Source: Euprymna scolopes (taxonomy: Eukaryota). Taken from it: a stretch of 64,000 nucleotides of DNA. Below the pieces are notes generated by a model that made no database searches, was not told the DNA's origin, and saw nothing but the letters and a program-made list of their open reading frames with translations. This document shows, in pieces, positions 60,265-64,000 of the stretch. The stretch lies in the NCBI GenBank assembly GCA_053919585.1, contig CM132810.1, one strand, 5' to 3'. Position numbers and translations under genes: made by a program. The stretch's first letter is position 1, and the number at the start of each line of letters is the position of its first letter.

Positions 60265-61214
60265 GTAAGTACTATATATGTGTTTGTGAGAGTGTGTGTG
60301 TATTTGTGTGTGTTTGTGTGTGCGTACATGTGTGTGTAATAAAAAAAATTTATATAAACATAATATGGCTACACATTTAAAAAATGTTTCAGTTACAGTT
60401 ATAAAAAGCCAGTATAGCATAATTTCATTTGTGTCCATCTTCAACAAATAAAATGAAAAGTCACCGAGTTAAGAGCCTAACAGAGGTTTAGAGAAGCACA
60501 TATAACTGTCTGGTGAATCAGCAACTGCACATAAAACACACAAACACACATCTCAAAGACGTACACATGTAGCATTTGTATAAGCACATACAATACAGTA
60601 AATAATGATTACAGAAGTAATCCTAGTTAAAATAATATATCAAGGCCCAAAATAATTTTAACTGTAAAAGAGCAACTGATTTCCCCCAACAACAAAAGTG
60701 TTTATCGTCCTTTATAGTTTATCTAGCTATTAGTTCACCTGAAAATCCGAAAACCAAAAATAGATTTTATATAGCCTGCTTAAGACAATTTTAAAAACAA
60801 TTCTACAACCACAAATTGCCCTTTAATTATAATAATTATAACAATAAAACTTCACTTGCCCAACAGTTCCTAATCAGAAATAATAAACATCAATAGTTAT
60901 GTAGAATATTACTAGTCATGTTATCTTTGCCTTTGCGAAAAATTAGAGATGATGAGATTGTGACAAGGGGTAGACTTCTTAACAAAAAATAAGAAATCTC
61001 AATTAATTGTATGCACAATAGGATACATACCTTTAGCAATTTGAATATAACTCCTTGATTATGTGAAACTTCCACATAAACTATTCAAAAATATTATTAA
61101 TTTACTTGTATAGATGCTATTTCTGTTCATGGTTTTGCTTTTCTATGATTCATGTTTTATAAAATTTGGTTCTTTAGAACATTATTTCTTTCAAACTTTG
61201 AAGCTTTCACACTA

Positions 61215-64000
61215 TGTATTAATAAGCAAAATTATTCTATATAAAAGTAATACAGCAAAGGAATAATGTTTCAAGCTTGAGTGAGAGGAACGAACAGTGT
61301 CATTTACAGTCACGAGGTTATTGTGTTACTATTGCGAGCGTTGGTGACAATTTAAGTTGAATTCGATACAAGCTATTTCGGCTATTGCTGTGAAAAATGA
61401 CTGACTCAAAGTTTGATCTGAAACTGATTCCAGAATTTGATGGGTGCACATCTGTCGTTGACTGGATTGAGAGGGTCGAGTTGACCTGCAATCTCTGTGA
61501 GGTAAAGAGAGTGCACACTGTGATTCCCCCGAGATTAGCGGTGGGGGGGGGCGCTCTGAGTGTGTATCAGCAACTTAGTGCCACCGAGAAGGCTGATGTG
61601 ACCACTATAAAAATGCGCTGTACAAGGCATTTGCTATGGATCCTTGGCTTATGAAAGATTCGCCTCCAGGAAGTTCATGCCGGGAGAAACCGTGGATGTG
61701 TTCTTTGCGGAATTGAAGAAACTTGCTGTGCTGTTTGGCAATGGAGTGCCGGAGAGGACATTGGCATATGCATTTGTGGCCGGCCATCCCACCCATGTTA
61801 AGCAATTGTTGAGAGCCTCTACCAGTGTGTCTGCAACACCTATGAAGCACTTGATGGAATGCTATCATTAGAGATGAGGAGGACCTGGGGTAACCAGTTG
61901 TGATGGCGACAAAGGCAGCCGAGATTGAGGCCGGAGAGATTCCCAGTTTGAGCCCCGCGACTAATGGAAGATGTTACTGCTGTGGTCGGTGAGGTCATTT
62001 TGTGAGAAGCTGCACTGACAAAGGGCGGGGGGTGACTGCGCTGTTTCCAACGTGGCGGCATAGGACACCTAGCCCAAAACTGTGCACGAAACTCATCAGG
62101 GGGCAGGATGTCAGCGCCGCCCTGCTCCCCAGACAAGATCTAAGTGACACGCAACCTACAATAACTGTGTACGTGAACCGAGTGCCCTGCTCAGCTCTTC
62201 TCAACTCCGGCTCCATCATGAGTGCCAGATTGTGTTGGACATGAACTAAAAGGAACATTAAAGTCACCACAATAGGCGGCAAGACACAAGCATGCTGTGG
62301 AGCCGGAACCGTGAAGGTTCACACGGACTCTGGTGTGGCCGTGGAAATTAATGTGTTGGTGACGCAAGGGGATTTGCTGGGGTTCAACATACTGCTGGGA
62401 TATGATGCTATCAAGGCACTGGGTGTAGTGATCATCGAAAGAGACGGGAACGTGCGCTTTTTAAAAAACCCGGTGTGTGCTGCAATCCACATTGATCGCC
62501 CTGACTTTAAGGTGGGTTATGACTATAGCCAGCAGGCCTCGACTGCATCATGGAAGTGGACCGAGGGAAGGGCACCAACTGAATTAAAGAATCGCGTCGC
62601 AGAATACCCTATACCTGACGAGGCTCGTGATGAGTATAAGCAAGAGCTTGAGCCATGGATCTGAGATGGATGGCTGATCCCCTACCCTGAGAAGCTTGGT
62701 TCGACCAAGCGTCTGATACCCTTAATGGTGGTTATCCAGCATAACAAGTCAAAAAGTAAGACCAGTGCTGGATTATCGTGAGCTCAACCAGTACATTGAG
62801 GCTTACACTGGCGATGCTGATGTGTGCGCCAGCAAACTGAGGGAATGGCGGCAGAAGGGCCCAGTGTGTCAATATTAGACCTGCGGAAAGCCTACTTGCA
62901 GGTGCGAGTAGATGGGACGCTGTGGCCATTCCAGACAGTGTGGTTTCGGGGCCAGAAGTACTGCCTAATACGAGTCGGCTTTGGTCTGAATGTGGCACCG
63001 CAGATCATGAAGACCATTGTGAATGTTGCCTTAAGAAAAAACCATTGATGATGCAACATCATCCTACATTGACGATGTTTACATGAGGACATAAAATCTG
63101 CATCGTGTGTCAGGGAAAAATTGTCTCAGTTTGATCTGCAGTGCAAGAATCCTGAACATTTGAGGGATGGAGCATGCGTATTGGGATTAAACGTCTGTGA
63201 GGAAGACGGCACCCTACGATGGAGGTGTGGCTGTGGGATTGCAGGCATCCCTGACATTGTTACGGGGCGGACCGTTTTTTCCTGTTGTGGGAAACTTGTT
63301 GGACACTTACCAGCCTGTAGCTGGCTCTGTGTAGCTGTGAGTGTTATTAAATGCAGAGCGAATTTGGTAACCACAGGTTGGGGCGATGTGCTTGATGATG
63401 CTCTTCTAACTCTGATGGTGACTGAAACCCTGGAGAGAGTCAACAAGGAGAACCCTGCCCGTGGAAAATGGTGTATTGATGCAGACCACGTAAATGTGTG
63501 GGTCGATGCTAGTTCATTAGCATTGGGAGTCGCATTAGAGTAAGGAGAAAATGTGTTTAAAAACGCATGTTGGCTGCGATTCGTGAATGATGTTAAGCAC
63601 ATCAACTGTTGTAAAGGGAATAAATCTCGCTCTGCAATGGCAATCAAAGAAACTGCACCTGTACATGGATTCTCTCTGCGTCTGCCACTGGGTGTCTGAT
63701 ATGCTTTCAGGACAGACAAGAATCTGCATTAAGGCAGCAAAATGTTTATCTGGCGAAGGCTAGATATGCTGAAGAGTTTAGTCTCTGAGTATGGACTATC
63801 AGTGAGGGTAACGCTGGTAACATCACATTGCAATCATGCCGACCAACTAACCTGTGTACCTCACAGATGGTATGAAGCCATGAAGATGGGTGTGGAGCAC
63901 ATTGCTCGATCTCGCGCAGTTGCAATTGGCGTGATTAGCCCATGTCAAATACAAAAGATTCATGCACAGAGCGGACATCCAGGTGTCGAGAGAACAGTGT
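61215..64000 (+). mobile_element. Gypsy-type LTR retrotransposon (gag, PR, RT, RNase H, IN start), degenerate, runs off the window
   Basis: Gag MTDSKFDLKLIPEFDG, protease ALLNSG, RT LDLRKAYLQV...FGLNVAP...YIDD, RNase H WVDASSLALG and IN zinc-finger start HAQSGHPGV. The 5' boundary is approximate. Confidence 0.9.

Noticed and set aside
61340-61352. TGGTGACA as the PBS of the last LTR element
   Set aside because: It is not directly preceded by an LTR CA end, and the 3' LTR is outside the window, so it cannot be confirmed.

Overview
This is an AT-rich, repeat-dense animal genomic window. It is an invertebrate, and the repeat repertoire suggests a mollusc, possibly a cephalopod (inference only). 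The whole window lies inside one + strand gene, RASEF/Rab45 (EF-hand/coiled-coil/Rab GTPase). I can trace 11 internal exons with consistent GT-AG sites and phases, from the coiled coil to the Rab G4 motif. The N-terminal EF-hands and the G5/C-terminal exons lie outside the window. The introns hold CR1-type LINEs, Gypsy LTR elements, mariner/Tc1 remnants, MITEs, 5S-derived SINEs, head-to-tail non-autonomous Helitron arrays and microsatellites. The most notable non-coding signals are three. (1) An 876-bp retroposed composite at 17066-17941 with a 20-bp TSD: a U2 snRNA-like 5' head, three ~193-nt structured units that each restart at the U2 motif ATCTGTTC, and a nested relative sharing a covarying kissing-loop 3' fold. 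(2) A tRNA-like plus type I hammerhead ribozyme repeat family (retrozyme-like), with a tandem copy at 12421-12825 and further copies at 1-80 and ~7024-7286. (3) A Gypsy element whose PBS is a perfect 16-nt complement of its own LTR, implying Tf1-like self-priming. All calls were made by eye; no database searches or folding programs were run.
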